Positions 1 to 9,909 of a stretch of DNA of 64,000 nucleotides are shown piece after piece. Source of the DNA: an uncultured Veillonellaceae bacterium (GTDB lineage Bacteria > Bacillota > Negativicutes > JARBTT01); contig CAWDTA010000002.1 of assembly GCA_963805085.1 (NCBI GenBank), forward strand, positions 1,952,001 through 2,016,000, given 5' to 3'. Numbering within the stretch: position 1 is the first letter of the stretch; each line of letters begins with the position of its first letter. Below the pieces are notes generated by a model. It ran no database searches. It was not told the origin of the DNA and was given only the letters and a program-made list of their open reading frames with translations. The position numbers and the translations under genes are program-made.

Positions 1-36
1 ACAGGGATATCAAGAGGGATTGTAGCTAAAAGTTGA
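1..36 (+). mobile_element. 3' end of a RAYT/IS200-like (Y1) transposase gene entering the window
   Basis: Frame 1 reads TGISRGIVAKS*, near-identical to the remnant at 35352-35412 (..TGRSRGIVAES*). Followed by a REP-like GAC..AACGTCCCC..GTC palindrome. Confidence 0.55.
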
Positions 37-124
37 CGAAAAAGGAACGTCCCCTAGTGTCCTAGTGTCCCTAGTGTCCTAGTGTCCGAATTTTTGAAGC
101 ACTGCAAACCGTCCCCTTGTCTTC
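35..124. repeat. REP-like palindromes plus four copies of an 8-9 bp repeat (CCTAGTGTC)
   Basis: gacgaaaaaggaacgtcccctagtgtc at 35-61, tandem cctagtgtc to 87, second motif aaaccgtccccttgtc at 106-121. Confidence 0.6.
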
Positions 125-130
125 GGTTTA

Positions 131-166
131 AAAAGTCCTAAACCTTATCTGGCTTAGGACTTTTTT
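131..166. terminator. Bidirectional intrinsic terminator
   Basis: aaaagtcctaa-N-ttaggactttt inverted repeat with A and T tracts on either side. Confidence 0.75.
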
Positions 167-233
167 GTTACTGTATGATTTTTCCTGATAGCTATGTTTT
201 TACTGCGTCTCAAGGGTACGTAACCAATGTACA

Positions 234-779
234 TTATTGAACGGTAATGCTTGGATCCCAGTAGTAGTAACCCTGTAATTCCTGAGTCTCTCTGTTTTCA
301 GCCAACTCATAGAGACCAAATTCCACATAAAAATCTTCTTTTCCAGCTTTTCTTACCTGTGAATCATAACTAATGAAATCTCCTTTAATGGTACTTGGAG
401 GCAATCCATTTGAAGATTCAACATTTGGTGCTACCGCCTGTGCTCTCTCTACCAGATCAGTTGTAAAGTTGTTAAAGACTTGGTCTTTTTGCCAATGTTT
501 AATTCCATAGACAATTACAGCGTCATCTGAGTTCCCGGATATTGAAGTACCCCTGAACGACACATGATCTCCAACATGGGCTTTAAAATTCAAATCGGCA
601 GTTCCTTGTCCACTGACAACTTCACCGTTGCAAATCATGTACTGACGACTATGATCAATGCCGGTAGGCTTTACAGGGTCTTTGCTTGGGTTAGGATTAT
701 GTGCTTTGACATAGTCGGTATCAATTACAATCATTACATTAACATTCTGATCATTTGATTTTTCATCCATATTAGGCAT
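234..779 (-). CDS. AidA/PixA family inclusion body protein
   Basis: Motifs IVIDT, PTGIDH, GQGTADLNFKA.VGD.VSF.GTS and terminal GYYYWDPSITV. AGGAG RBS upstream. Confidence 0.85.
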   Translation of the reverse strand: MPNMDEKSNDQNVNVMIVIDTDYVKAHNPNPSKDPVKPTGIDHSRQYMICNGEVVSGQGTADLNFKAHVGDHVSFRGTSISGNSDDAVIVYGIKHWQKDQVFNNFTTDLVERAQAVAPNVESSNGLPPSTIKGDFISYDSQVRKAGKEDFYVEFGLYELAENRETQELQGYYYWDPSITVQ

Positions 780-982
780 ATTAGTTTCTCCTATCTATTA
801 AAAATTGTGTTTATCACATATTTATGGTGTGCAAAATTACGCTTTCTATGCGCATTGCTTATAAAAAAACATCAAAATTTAGAGGCTGATTACAAAAAAA
901 TTTAACCATAAATACAAAGAATGCGCATACACACCCATCATCCACCTCCTTACAAGAGTGGGGATGATGGATGGTCTTAATT

Positions 983-1519
983 TCAGATTGAACGATTTAA
1001 TACCTGAACGGTAATGCCTAAATCCCAATAGTAGTACCCCTTCAGCTGCTGGGTCTGTCCGTCTTCAGCCAACTGATAGAGACCAAATTGGACATAGAAA
1101 ATTTCGCATCCAGCCCTTCTTACCTTTGAATTATAACTAATGAAATTTCTTCTAATGTTGCTTGGGGGTAACCCATTTTGAGTATCCATATTCGGGACTA
1201 CCGCATGTGCTCTCTCTACCAGTTCGGTTGTAAAGGAATCAAGGGCTGTGTCTCCTTGCCAATGTTCAATTCCATAGACGATTATAGCGTCATCTGAATT
1301 TCCGGATATAGAAGTCCCCCTGAACGATATATTATCTCCAATATAGGCTTCGAATTGCAAATCGGCAGTTCCTTGCCCACTGATAACACCTTGGGAACCA
1401 CCACAAATCATGAACTGACTATTATGATCAATGTTGGTAGGTTTTTTAGGGTTTATGCTTAGATTAGGATAATGTCTTTTGAGATAGTCGGTATCAATTA
1501 CAATCATTACATTAAACAT
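983..1519 (-). CDS. Second AidA/PixA family protein with a frameshift in the first codons
   Basis: Clear paralog of 234-779. The homologous start ATG is at 1551 but is out of frame by 1 nt. Confidence 0.8.
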   Translation of the reverse strand: MFNVMIVIDTDYLKRHYPNLSINPKKPTNIDHNSQFMICGGSQGVISGQGTADLQFEAYIGDNISFRGTSISGNSDDAIIVYGIEHWQGDTALDSFTTELVERAHAVVPNMDTQNGLPPSNIRRNFISYNSKVRRAGCEIFYVQFGLYQLAEDGQTQQLKGYYYWDLGITVQVLNRSI

Positions 1520-1636
1520 TGATTACTTGACCTTTCATCCATAGTAGGCATATTAGTTTTTCCTCTCTATTTAAAAATTTATATTTATCACATATTTATG
1601 GTGTGCAAAATTACGCTTTTTATGTGCACATTAGCT

Positions 1637-1662
1637 AGACGAGGTGACGGTTCTTTTTGTCT
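1637..1662 (-). repeat. REP-like palindrome, inverted relative to the copies at 35-124
   Basis: Reverse complement is agacaaaaagaaccgtcacctcgtct. Confidence 0.55.
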
Positions 1663-1702
1663 TGACTAAATTAAATTGACATGATATTCTGAGGAAAAAG
1701 GA

Positions 1703-1870
1703 GTGGATAATCATGCCCATTTGCTATTGCAAGAAAGAGAAGAAGACATAGCAAATATAATGAAACGAATCAATATTAGCTATGTCTTTTACTTTAATAA
1801 GAAATATAAAAAGACAGGCCACCTATTTCAAGGTAGATATAGAAGCGAAAAAATAGAAGATGATAGCTAA
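1703..1870 (+). pseudogene. Internal fragment of REP-associated tyrosine transposase (RAYT, Y1_Tnp)
   Basis: Translates DNHAHLLLQE..IMKRINISYVFYFNKKYKKTGHLFQGRYRS, with the HUH and GHLFQGRY motifs. Confidence 0.8.
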
Positions 1871-2373
1871 CTACAACAGAAACAATCGCAGGCTGGTACT
1901 ATGCAATCACAAACCAAACAACACCAACAGGACTCGTACTAACTAGACAAAACCTACCACAACTACAAGGCTCAAGCAAAGAAGCCTTAAAAGGTGGTTA
2001 TATACTACAAGATGCAAATAAAGCACAGGCCGATGCAATCATTATCGCAAGTGGCTCCGAAGTAGAACTAGCAGTTAATGCAAAAACAGAGCAAGCCAAA
2101 GAAAACATCGACGTAAGAGTCGTAAGTATGCCATCGATTGATCTATTTGAAGAGCAGTCAGAGGCATACAAAGAAAGTGTATTACCGAAAAGAGTAAGAG
2201 CCAGAGTAGCAGTAGAAGCAGGAGCAGACTTCGGCTGGGGTAAATACATTGGCCTCGATGGTAAAACAGTAACAATGCCAGGCTTCGGAGCATCCGCACC
2301 AGCAAGCATATTGTTCAAAAAATTTGGCTTTACAACTGAAAATGTCGTAAAAACAGTAAAAGAAGTACTATAA
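1871..2373 (+). pseudogene. tkt: 5'-truncated transketolase (C-terminal ~165 codons)
   Basis: ETIAGWYYA..LVLTRQNLPQL..KGGY..IASGSEVELA..RVVSMPS..FGASAPA..FGFT. No start codon; abuts the RAYT fragment. Confidence 0.9.
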
Positions 2374-2387
2374 GAATAAAATTGAGT

Positions 2388-2442
2388 AAAAACTCCTCCT
2401 ATGTTAGGTAAAATAACTAACATAGGAGGAGTTTTTTTTTTT
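2388..2442 (+). terminator. Intrinsic terminator
   Basis: aaaactcctcctatgttag / ctaacataggaggagtttt stem followed by a T run. Confidence 0.85.
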
Positions 2443-2709
2443 GGAATGAAGGTAAAAATGGGAGTATTATATTTGGAAATGAGTATTCTACCTTCTGTTT
2501 TCATGATAATTGGTTCTATAATAAATGATCTTTGATAAGTATAAAGTAGAAAAAAATGAATATGTATATAAAGTAGAAAATGCTGAATAGGGATGTGGTT
2601 ATATTTTATAGAAAATAATAGACGGTTGATTGAGGATATATTAGGTGTTTGGATTACTAAGAAACGCTTAGTAAATAAAAAATAGAATTTAATATTTGAA
2701 AAAATAAGG

Positions 2710-4317
2710 TTGAGTGATGATATGAATGAGGGAAAAATTTGTTTTATCACCTGTGTAAATGATGAAATAAAATATCAAAAAATGCTAGGCTATCTTGCTA
2801 ATTTAGAAGTGCCAGCAGGTTTTGAAACTGAAGTCGTTACGATAAAAGAAATAAACGGTATGGCTGTAGGCTATAACCAGGGAATGCGATCAAGTGATGC
2901 AAAATATAAAGTGTATGTTACGCAAGATACTTTGATTACCAATAGATCTTTTATTCGTGATGTTATTAGAATTTTTAGTAAAGATAATACAATTGGGATG
3001 ATTGGCGTGTTGGGGACCGAAGTAATCCCAACTAGTGCAATTTGTCAAAAGGCGCAAAAGCGTATGGGGAGAATACAAGATATAAACACTGGAAAAATTC
3101 TATCATGGAAAAATCCTGAAGATTTGTATGAAAAAGTACAGGCCATAGATGGGTTTTTAATGATAACGCAATATGATATTTCTTGGCGAGAAGATATTTT
3201 TGCTGGAGAACACTTTTATGATTTAGCTCAAAGTGTAGAATTTACACGTAAGAAATATCAATTAGTTGTAGCAAGACAAGATGAGCCTTGGTGTATAACT
3301 AATTATAGTAATTTAAAAAATGATAGTTATGAAAAAGATAGAAATTTATTTTTAGATGAATATTCAAAAGATGTTTATCCATTGGTTAGTATATTAATAC
3401 CAACGTATAATAGACCAGCGTATTTTAAATTAGCATTAGAAAGCGCAATAAATCAGACCTATCGTAATATTGAAATTATTATTGGTGATGGCAGTAAAGA
3501 TAATCAGACAGAGAATTTGATACAGCCATATTTAAAAAATAGAAGGATAAAATATTTTCGGGATTCTTCTGATATTAATGTAGCGAGATGGAGAAAATTA
3601 GAAAACGATGCTGAAGGAGAGTATATAAGTTGGTTATTAGATGACGATATCATTCATAAGGACAAAATTAGTGTAATGGTGTCGTATTATTTAGAATATG
3701 AAAATATTGTTTTAGTAACTTCACATCGACAAATTATTGATGCAGCTGGAAATGAATGCAGGGATATAAAGGCGACACTTCCTATTTGTAAAACTACTTC
3801 AATTTTTTCAGGAGAAGAGATTGGAAAAAATCTTTTAATCGGTATGCTCAATTTTGTCGGAGAATTATCTACAGTTCTATTAAAAAAAGAATTTTTAACA
3901 AATGGGAAAAGGGCGAATTATTTTAAAAATGTCGAAAATGAATATAGCTGGAAATATATTGCTCTTGGAGACATTATAACTTGGCTAGATGTGTTACATA
4001 AAGGTAATGTCGTCTATATTTGTGATACTTTAAATTATTTTCGATTACATGGCGGGCAGTCGCAAAACGCTTTATTTGTTCAAGTATTAGGGCTAATCGA
4101 CTGGTTTCGACTTATGAATGATTCATATGAAGCAAAGCTATATTTAACAAATGAGGAAGATTTGTATAATGCATTGAATGTATGGCTGAGGAATACAGCT
4201 AGTTGTAAATTAAATATTGGACCTGATAATGTGAGGGAATTTGAGCATGTAAATGTTCTAAAAAAATATATAAAAGAAGCTGTAGAAAAATTTGCCGTTC
4301 ATAACAATAGAGGATAG
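2710..4317 (+). CDS. Two-domain glycosyltransferase (StrF-like GT2_5 plus GT2)
   Basis: N-terminal KICFITCVND..YNQGM; second domain VSILIPTYNRP..ESAINQTY..LDDDD. Confidence 0.85.
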   Translation: MSDDMNEGKICFITCVNDEIKYQKMLGYLANLEVPAGFETEVVTIKEINGMAVGYNQGMRSSDAKYKVYVTQDTLITNRSFIRDVIRIFSKDNTIGMIGVLGTEVIPTSAICQKAQKRMGRIQDINTGKILSWKNPEDLYEKVQAIDGFLMITQYDISWREDIFAGEHFYDLAQSVEFTRKKYQLVVARQDEPWCITNYSNLKNDSYEKDRNLFLDEYSKDVYPLVSILIPTYNRPAYFKLALESAINQTYRNIEIIIGDGSKDNQTENLIQPYLKNRRIKYFRDSSDINVARWRKLENDAEGEYISWLLDDDIIHKDKISVMVSYYLEYENIVLVTSHRQIIDAAGNECRDIKATLPICKTTSIFSGEEIGKNLLIGMLNFVGELSTVLLKKEFLTNGKRANYFKNVENEYSWKYIALGDIITWLDVLHKGNVVYICDTLNYFRLHGGQSQNALFVQVLGLIDWFRLMNDSYEAKLYLTNEEDLYNALNVWLRNTASCKLNIGPDNVREFEHVNVLKKYIKEAVEKFAVHNNRG

Positions 4318-4394
4318 ATATAGCATTCTAATATCTCAATCATATTAAAATGCTATATCGAATGTGATAAATTTGAATTTTGTGAGGGAAATAT

Positions 4395-5741
4395 ATGAGT
4401 AAACAAGAAAAAATATTGCGTCAACAAGCAATTGATGTGGCGATAAAATATTATGAATATAAGCATAAACCAGCGAAGGCATTTGCAGAGGGAGACTGTA
4501 TATTTTACGGTGGTCGTTTTTTTGATGAAAAAGAAATAAGTAATTTGGTGGATTCAGCTTTAGATTTTTGGCTGACTACGGGACGTTATGCAGGAAAGTT
4601 CGAGGAAGAATTCGCTGCGTTTTTAGGAGTAAAACATTGCTCATTGACGAATTCAGGATCATCAGCAAATCTTTTAGCATTTATGGCTTTAACTTCACAT
4701 AAATTAGGTGAAAAAAGAATTAAAAAAGGTGATGAGGTCATCACTGTTGCCGCAGGCTTTCCCACAACAGTTGCGCCAATTTTGCAATATGGGGCTATTC
4801 CTGTTTTTGTGGACGTAACCTTACCTAGCTATAATATAGATGTAAGTAAGTTAGAAGAAGCGTTAACGAATAAGACTAAAGCAGTCATGGTTGCACATAC
4901 ATTAGGTAATCCGTTTGATTTGCAAGCGGTAAAGTCGTTTTCTGATCAGCATAACTTATGGTTAATTGAGGATAATTGTGATGCATTAGGCAGTCAGTAT
5001 TTTATTGATGGTGAGTGGAAGTATACGGGAACGATAGGTCACATTGGTACATCAAGTTTTTATCCACCACATCATATTACTATGGGGGAAGGTGGTGCTG
5101 TGTATACAAGTGATACTATGCTAAAGAGATTAGTGGAATCCTTTCGCGATTGGGGGAGGGATTGTTGGTGTCAGTCTGGTCATGATGATACCTGCCAGCG
5201 TCGTTTTACACAGCAGTTTGGTGAATTGCCATTTGGATATGATCACAAATATGTATATTCACATTTAGGCTATAATTTAAAAATTACGGATATGCAAGCG
5301 GCAATTGGGTGCGCACAATTGGAAAAATTACCGGAATTTATCAAGGTTAGACGTAAAAACTGGCAATATCTCCGTGAAAATTTAGATGTTTTTAAAGATG
5401 TATTTTTGTTGCCGGAGCCACAGGAAAATTCGCAGCCAAGTTGGTTTGGATTTTTGATTACGGTAAAAGAAAATGCTGAATTTACTCGTGATGAAATTGT
5501 TCATTATTTAGAAAAAAATAAAATACAAACAAGAATGCTTTTTGCAGGAAATTTAATTAAGCATCCTTGTTTTGATGAAATGCGTATAAATGAACAAGGG
5601 TATCGTGTGGTTGGATCGTTAGCAAATACAGATCGAATTATGAATCATACATTTTGGATTGGGGTTTATCCAGGAATCACAATAGAAAAATTGGACTATA
5701 TGCTTGAAAAGATCAAAGAATTTTGTAAGGGAAAGCTATAG
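4395..5741 (+). CDS. rfbH: CDP-4-keto-6-deoxyglucose 3-dehydratase (E1)
   Basis: NSGSSANL, SFYPPHHITMGEGG (His in place of the aminotransferase Lys), DWGRDCWC, GYDHKY. Confidence 0.92.
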   Translation: MSKQEKILRQQAIDVAIKYYEYKHKPAKAFAEGDCIFYGGRFFDEKEISNLVDSALDFWLTTGRYAGKFEEEFAAFLGVKHCSLTNSGSSANLLAFMALTSHKLGEKRIKKGDEVITVAAGFPTTVAPILQYGAIPVFVDVTLPSYNIDVSKLEEALTNKTKAVMVAHTLGNPFDLQAVKSFSDQHNLWLIEDNCDALGSQYFIDGEWKYTGTIGHIGTSSFYPPHHITMGEGGAVYTSDTMLKRLVESFRDWGRDCWCQSGHDDTCQRRFTQQFGELPFGYDHKYVYSHLGYNLKITDMQAAIGCAQLEKLPEFIKVRRKNWQYLRENLDVFKDVFLLPEPQENSQPSWFGFLITVKENAEFTRDEIVHYLEKNKIQTRMLFAGNLIKHPCFDEMRINEQGYRVVGSLANTDRIMNHTFWIGVYPGITIEKLDYMLEKIKEFCKGKL

Positions 5742-5792
5742 TGTTTTTTTATTTAACTAAGCAATATGATCAGTAGAAAAGGGGGGTTGGTA

Positions 5793-7574
5793 ATGAAACA
5801 ACGTGTAGCAGATTATATCGCAGATTTTTTAGTGGAGAAGGGCATAACCGATGTGTTTACGGTTGTTGGTGGAGGGGCCATGCATTTGAATGATGCATTT
5901 GGTCAGCATAGTAAATTGCATTGTATATATAATCATCATGAGCAGGCTTGTGCTATGGCGGCGGAAGGATATACAAAGTTAAGTGGAAATATTGCATTGG
6001 TATGTGTAACGACAGGTCCAGGCGGAACAAATGCTATGACTGGAGTATTGTGTGCATATCAAGATAATATTCCTATGCTTGTAATTTCTGGACAAGTAAG
6101 ATATGCGACAACTGTTGCAAGTACTGGACTTGATTTACGTCAATTTGGTGAACAAGAATATCATATTGTGCGTTCAGTTGAGCCAATGACAAAATATGCA
6201 TACATGGTAACAAATCCAATGGAAATACGGTATCATCTTGAAAAAGCATTGTACCTTGCCAAAAGTGGTCGCCGTGGACCAGTATGGATAGATGTTCCAC
6301 TTGATATTCAGGGGGCAATAATTGAGACGGATAATTTAGAAGGATTTGAGCCGCCAGTTGATTCTTGCCCATATGATGAATATGCACAAGAAATTCTGGC
6401 TAAGTTAAAAACTGCGAAATGTCCTGTTATTTTAGCTGGAGCAGTGATTAGAAGTGCTGATGCCTATGAATCATTTAAAATCTTGATTGAAAAACTGAAT
6501 ATTCCAGTTCTTGCCGCGACTTGTGTTGGTGATATATTGCATAATGATCACCCGCTGTATTTTGGTAATTTTGGCGTTATCGGTGGAAGAACTGGTAATT
6601 TTATGGTGCAAAATGCAGATGCCATTCTAGCATTAGGATGCAGAATGTCTTTTAATCAGATTGGATTTAATTTTAGTGCTTTTGCACCGAATGCATATAA
6701 AATTATTGTTGATGTACATGCGGATGAACTAAAAAAAGAAACGATAAAAATTGACATGCCAATTCATGCTGATATGGAATTCTTAATAAAAACGATGAAC
6801 AAGAAAATTTTGAAGCCATGGGAAAAAATCGATGTTTGGTTTGCCTATGGAACTGAATTATTAAAAAGATATCCTATTTATCAAGAAAAACATAAAACTA
6901 GTGAATTTGTTAATCCATATCATTTTGCCCATGTATTAGGTGAAGTAGTACCGGATGATGGAATTATCGTAGTAGGGAATAGTGGGGTAGGCGGAATGAC
7001 ATTGCAATCTGGTATCAATAAAGAAACGCAAAGACTATTTGGAAATAGAAACTGTGGAACTATGGGATATGATTTACCAGCTGCAATTGGAGCCGCTGTT
7101 GCAAGTAAAAAATCAGTTGTCTGTCTTACCGGTGATGGTAGCTTACAAATGAATTTGCAAGAGCTACAAACCGTAGTGCAAAATAATATTCCAATCAAAT
7201 TAATTGTATTTAATAATTCTGGGTATTTGTGCATTGTTAGAACTCAAACAAATTTTTTCAATGGTAGATTATCTGGTTGTACACCTGAATCTGGACTTAG
7301 TTGCCCTAACATGGAACGAATAGCAAAAGCATATGGCATTCCATATACTTTAATTGAAAATCATGAAAATCTTGATGTAAAATTAAAAGAATTTCTAACG
7401 CAAGACGGTTATGGAATTTGTGAAGTTATGCAAGATACTGAGCAAGCAACGGAACCAAGAACAACAAGTAAGAAACTAGATAATGGCAATATGGTATCTG
7501 CTCCTATTGATGAGTTAGCGCCGCTGCTAAATAAAAAAGAATATGAAAAATATAGATATTTTAATGCAAAATAG
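5793..7574 (+). CDS. TPP-dependent acetolactate synthase-like enzyme (YerE-like)
   Basis: HHEQACAMAAEGY, TTGPGGTN and GDGSLQMN..NN motifs. Adjacent to rfbH. Confidence 0.85.
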   Translation: MKQRVADYIADFLVEKGITDVFTVVGGGAMHLNDAFGQHSKLHCIYNHHEQACAMAAEGYTKLSGNIALVCVTTGPGGTNAMTGVLCAYQDNIPMLVISGQVRYATTVASTGLDLRQFGEQEYHIVRSVEPMTKYAYMVTNPMEIRYHLEKALYLAKSGRRGPVWIDVPLDIQGAIIETDNLEGFEPPVDSCPYDEYAQEILAKLKTAKCPVILAGAVIRSADAYESFKILIEKLNIPVLAATCVGDILHNDHPLYFGNFGVIGGRTGNFMVQNADAILALGCRMSFNQIGFNFSAFAPNAYKIIVDVHADELKKETIKIDMPIHADMEFLIKTMNKKILKPWEKIDVWFAYGTELLKRYPIYQEKHKTSEFVNPYHFAHVLGEVVPDDGIIVVGNSGVGGMTLQSGINKETQRLFGNRNCGTMGYDLPAAIGAAVASKKSVVCLTGDGSLQMNLQELQTVVQNNIPIKLIVFNNSGYLCIVRTQTNFFNGRLSGCTPESGLSCPNMERIAKAYGIPYTLIENHENLDVKLKEFLTQDGYGICEVMQDTEQATEPRTTSKKLDNGNMVSAPIDELAPLLNKKEYEKYRYFNAK

Positions 7575-7601
7575 TAGTTTATTTGATTGAGGGGAATTCT
7601 A

Positions 7602-8609
7602 ATGGAACAATATAAAAAAATATTGGTTACAGGTGCTGATGGCTTTATTGGATCGCATCTTACCGAAGAACTAGTACGACAGGGTGAGAATGTTAAAGCA
7701 TTTGTGCAATATAATTCTTTTAATACGTGGGGCTGGCTAGATGAAAGCAATGCAGATATCAAAAATAGTCTAGAATTTTTTGCTGGTGATATTCGTGATC
7801 CTTATGGTGTAAAAACGGCAATGAGAGATTGTGATTTGGTATTACATTTGGCAGCATTGATTGCCATTCCATATTCGTATCATTCGCCAGATACATATAT
7901 TGATACGAATGTTAAAGGTTCCCTTAATATTGTGCAAGCTGCAAGGGAGTTAGGGGTGCAAAAGGTAGTACATACATCAACAAGTGAGGTTTATGGAACA
8001 GCACGCTTTGTGCCAATAACAGAGGAACATCCATTAAAAGGACAATCACCTTATTCAGCAAGTAAAATTGGAGCAGACCAAATTGCAATGTCATTTTATA
8101 ATGCATTTAGCACGCCAGTAGCAATTATCAGGCCGTTTAATACTTATGGACCAAGACAATCAGCGCGGGCAGTGATACCAACTATTATCACACAAATTGC
8201 GAATGGTAAAAGAAAAATAAAATTAGGTTCTTTATCACCAACACGTGATTTCAATTATGTTAAAGATACTGTAAGTGGTTTTATTGCCATTGCGAAGTCT
8301 GATCAATCCGTGGGCGAAGTGATAAATATTGGCAGTAACTATGAAATATCAATTGGTGATACAGTAAAACTCATTGCAGAATTAATGAACGTAGATATAG
8401 AAATTGAAACAGAAGAAATTAGAATACGTCCAGAGAAAAGTGAGGTCGAAAGACTTTGGGCTGACAATCAAAAGGCAAAACGTTTGACTGGATGGGATCC
8501 TTCTTATGGAAATAGAGACGGTTTTAAACGTGGATTATTAGAAACTATTGAATGGTTTACGAATAAAGAAAATTTAAAAAAATACAAATGTGATGTATAT
8601 AATATATAA
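7602..8609 (+). CDS. legB: NDP-GlcNAc 4,6-dehydratase (LegB-like)
   Basis: TGADGFIGSH, LAALIAIPYSY, TSTSEVYG, YSASK. Confidence 0.8.
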   Translation: MEQYKKILVTGADGFIGSHLTEELVRQGENVKAFVQYNSFNTWGWLDESNADIKNSLEFFAGDIRDPYGVKTAMRDCDLVLHLAALIAIPYSYHSPDTYIDTNVKGSLNIVQAARELGVQKVVHTSTSEVYGTARFVPITEEHPLKGQSPYSASKIGADQIAMSFYNAFSTPVAIIRPFNTYGPRQSARAVIPTIITQIANGKRKIKLGSLSPTRDFNYVKDTVSGFIAIAKSDQSVGEVINIGSNYEISIGDTVKLIAELMNVDIEIETEEIRIRPEKSEVERLWADNQKAKRLTGWDPSYGNRDGFKRGLLETIEWFTNKENLKKYKCDVYNI

Positions 8610-8724
8610 ATCATTCACTCAATTATCGGTGGAATTGAGTGAATGATTTATAGTGGTAAGCTTTACTACTTAAGTTGTTTTAGATAAAATACCAAATCTA
8701 AATATAAGGTAGATGAAGTGATAT

Positions 8725-9909
8725 ATGATTAAAGTTACTAATAATAAATTAAATATTAGTGAAATTGTAGCTGGTATAAAAGCTGCTTCCCAGAATACGA
8801 ATAACTTTGTTCCACTTCATGAGCCTCTATTTAATGGAAATGAATGGATATATGTGAAAGAATGCATTGATACAGGCTGGGTTTCTTCTGTTGGTAAATA
8901 TGTTGATTTATTTGAAGAAAAATTAGCTGAATATACAGGGGCAAAACGAGCTGTAGCCGTAGTGAATGGGACTTCAGCATTACATATGTCATTAATATTA
9001 GCAGATGTGAGAGAAAATGATGAAGTTCTAGTACCAGCGTTAACCTTTATTGCGACTGCTAATGCTGTTACTTATTGCAATGCAGTGCCACATTTTGTTG
9101 ATAGTGATATGAACACATTAGGTATGGATGCGAAATCGTTGGATGTTTATTTGTCAGATATAGCAGAAATACATAATGATGAATGTTACAATAGGCAAAC
9201 TGGTAGACGGATTTCAGCAGTTGTTCCAATGCATACATTTGGGCATTCAATTGATTTAGATGAAATGGTTCGGGTATGTGAGAAATTTCATCTAGTCTTG
9301 GTAGAAGACGCTGCGGAGTCCATAGGTTCTTTCTATAAGGGAAAACATACAGGTAATTGGGGGAAAGTTGCAGCATTTAGTTTTAATGGGAATAAAACCA
9401 TTACTACTGGTGGTGGAGGTGCTATCTTAACCAATGATGAGGAACTTGGAAACTTAGCAAAGTATATGACAACGCAGGCAAAAGTTCCACATAAATGGGA
9501 ATTCAAACATGATATGATTGGTTATAATTTTCGTATGCCAAATATCAATGCGGCATTAGGCTGTGCGCAGCTTGAACAATTGCCAGAATTTGTGGAACAC
9601 AAACGCAATCTTGCAAAAAAATATGAAGAAATTCTAACTGATGTAGAAGGGATTACTTTCTTTAAGGAGCCCGCTTTTTCAAAAAGCAATTATTGGCTAA
9701 ATGCAATTTTGTTAGATGAAGAGTATAGTCATCAACGTGATGAAGTTTTAACGATATTAAATGAGCAGGGGATTATGGCTAGACCTGTATGGAATTTGCT
9801 TTATACCATGCCGATGTTTGCAAAATGTCCCAAGATGGAATGCGGTGTGGCAGAAAACATTGCGAAAAGATTAATTAATATACCAAGTAGTGTAGGGTTA
9901 GACAAATGA
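8725..9909 (+). CDS. legC: LegC family PLP aminotransferase
   Basis: PLHEP, GWVSSVG, SFNGNKTITTGGGG, GYNFRMPNINAALG. Confidence 0.88.
   Translation: MIKVTNNKLNISEIVAGIKAASQNTNNFVPLHEPLFNGNEWIYVKECIDTGWVSSVGKYVDLFEEKLAEYTGAKRAVAVVNGTSALHMSLILADVRENDEVLVPALTFIATANAVTYCNAVPHFVDSDMNTLGMDAKSLDVYLSDIAEIHNDECYNRQTGRRISAVVPMHTFGHSIDLDEMVRVCEKFHLVLVEDAAESIGSFYKGKHTGNWGKVAAFSFNGNKTITTGGGGAILTNDEELGNLAKYMTTQAKVPHKWEFKHDMIGYNFRMPNINAALGCAQLEQLPEFVEHKRNLAKKYEEILTDVEGITFFKEPAFSKSNYWLNAILLDEEYSHQRDEVLTILNEQGIMARPVWNLLYTMPMFAKCPKMECGVAENIAKRLINIPSSVGLDK

Noticed and set aside
53-87. CRISPR array
   Set aside because: Units are 8-9 nt with no spacers, and no cas genes are present.
2128-2373. 81-aa ORF as an independent gene
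   Set aside because: It is the tail of the truncated transketolase frame, which extends upstream to ~1871.
1998-2750. 250-aa minus-strand ORF
   Set aside because: Shadow frame of the tkt fragment, a terminator and AT-rich promoter DNA; no motif.
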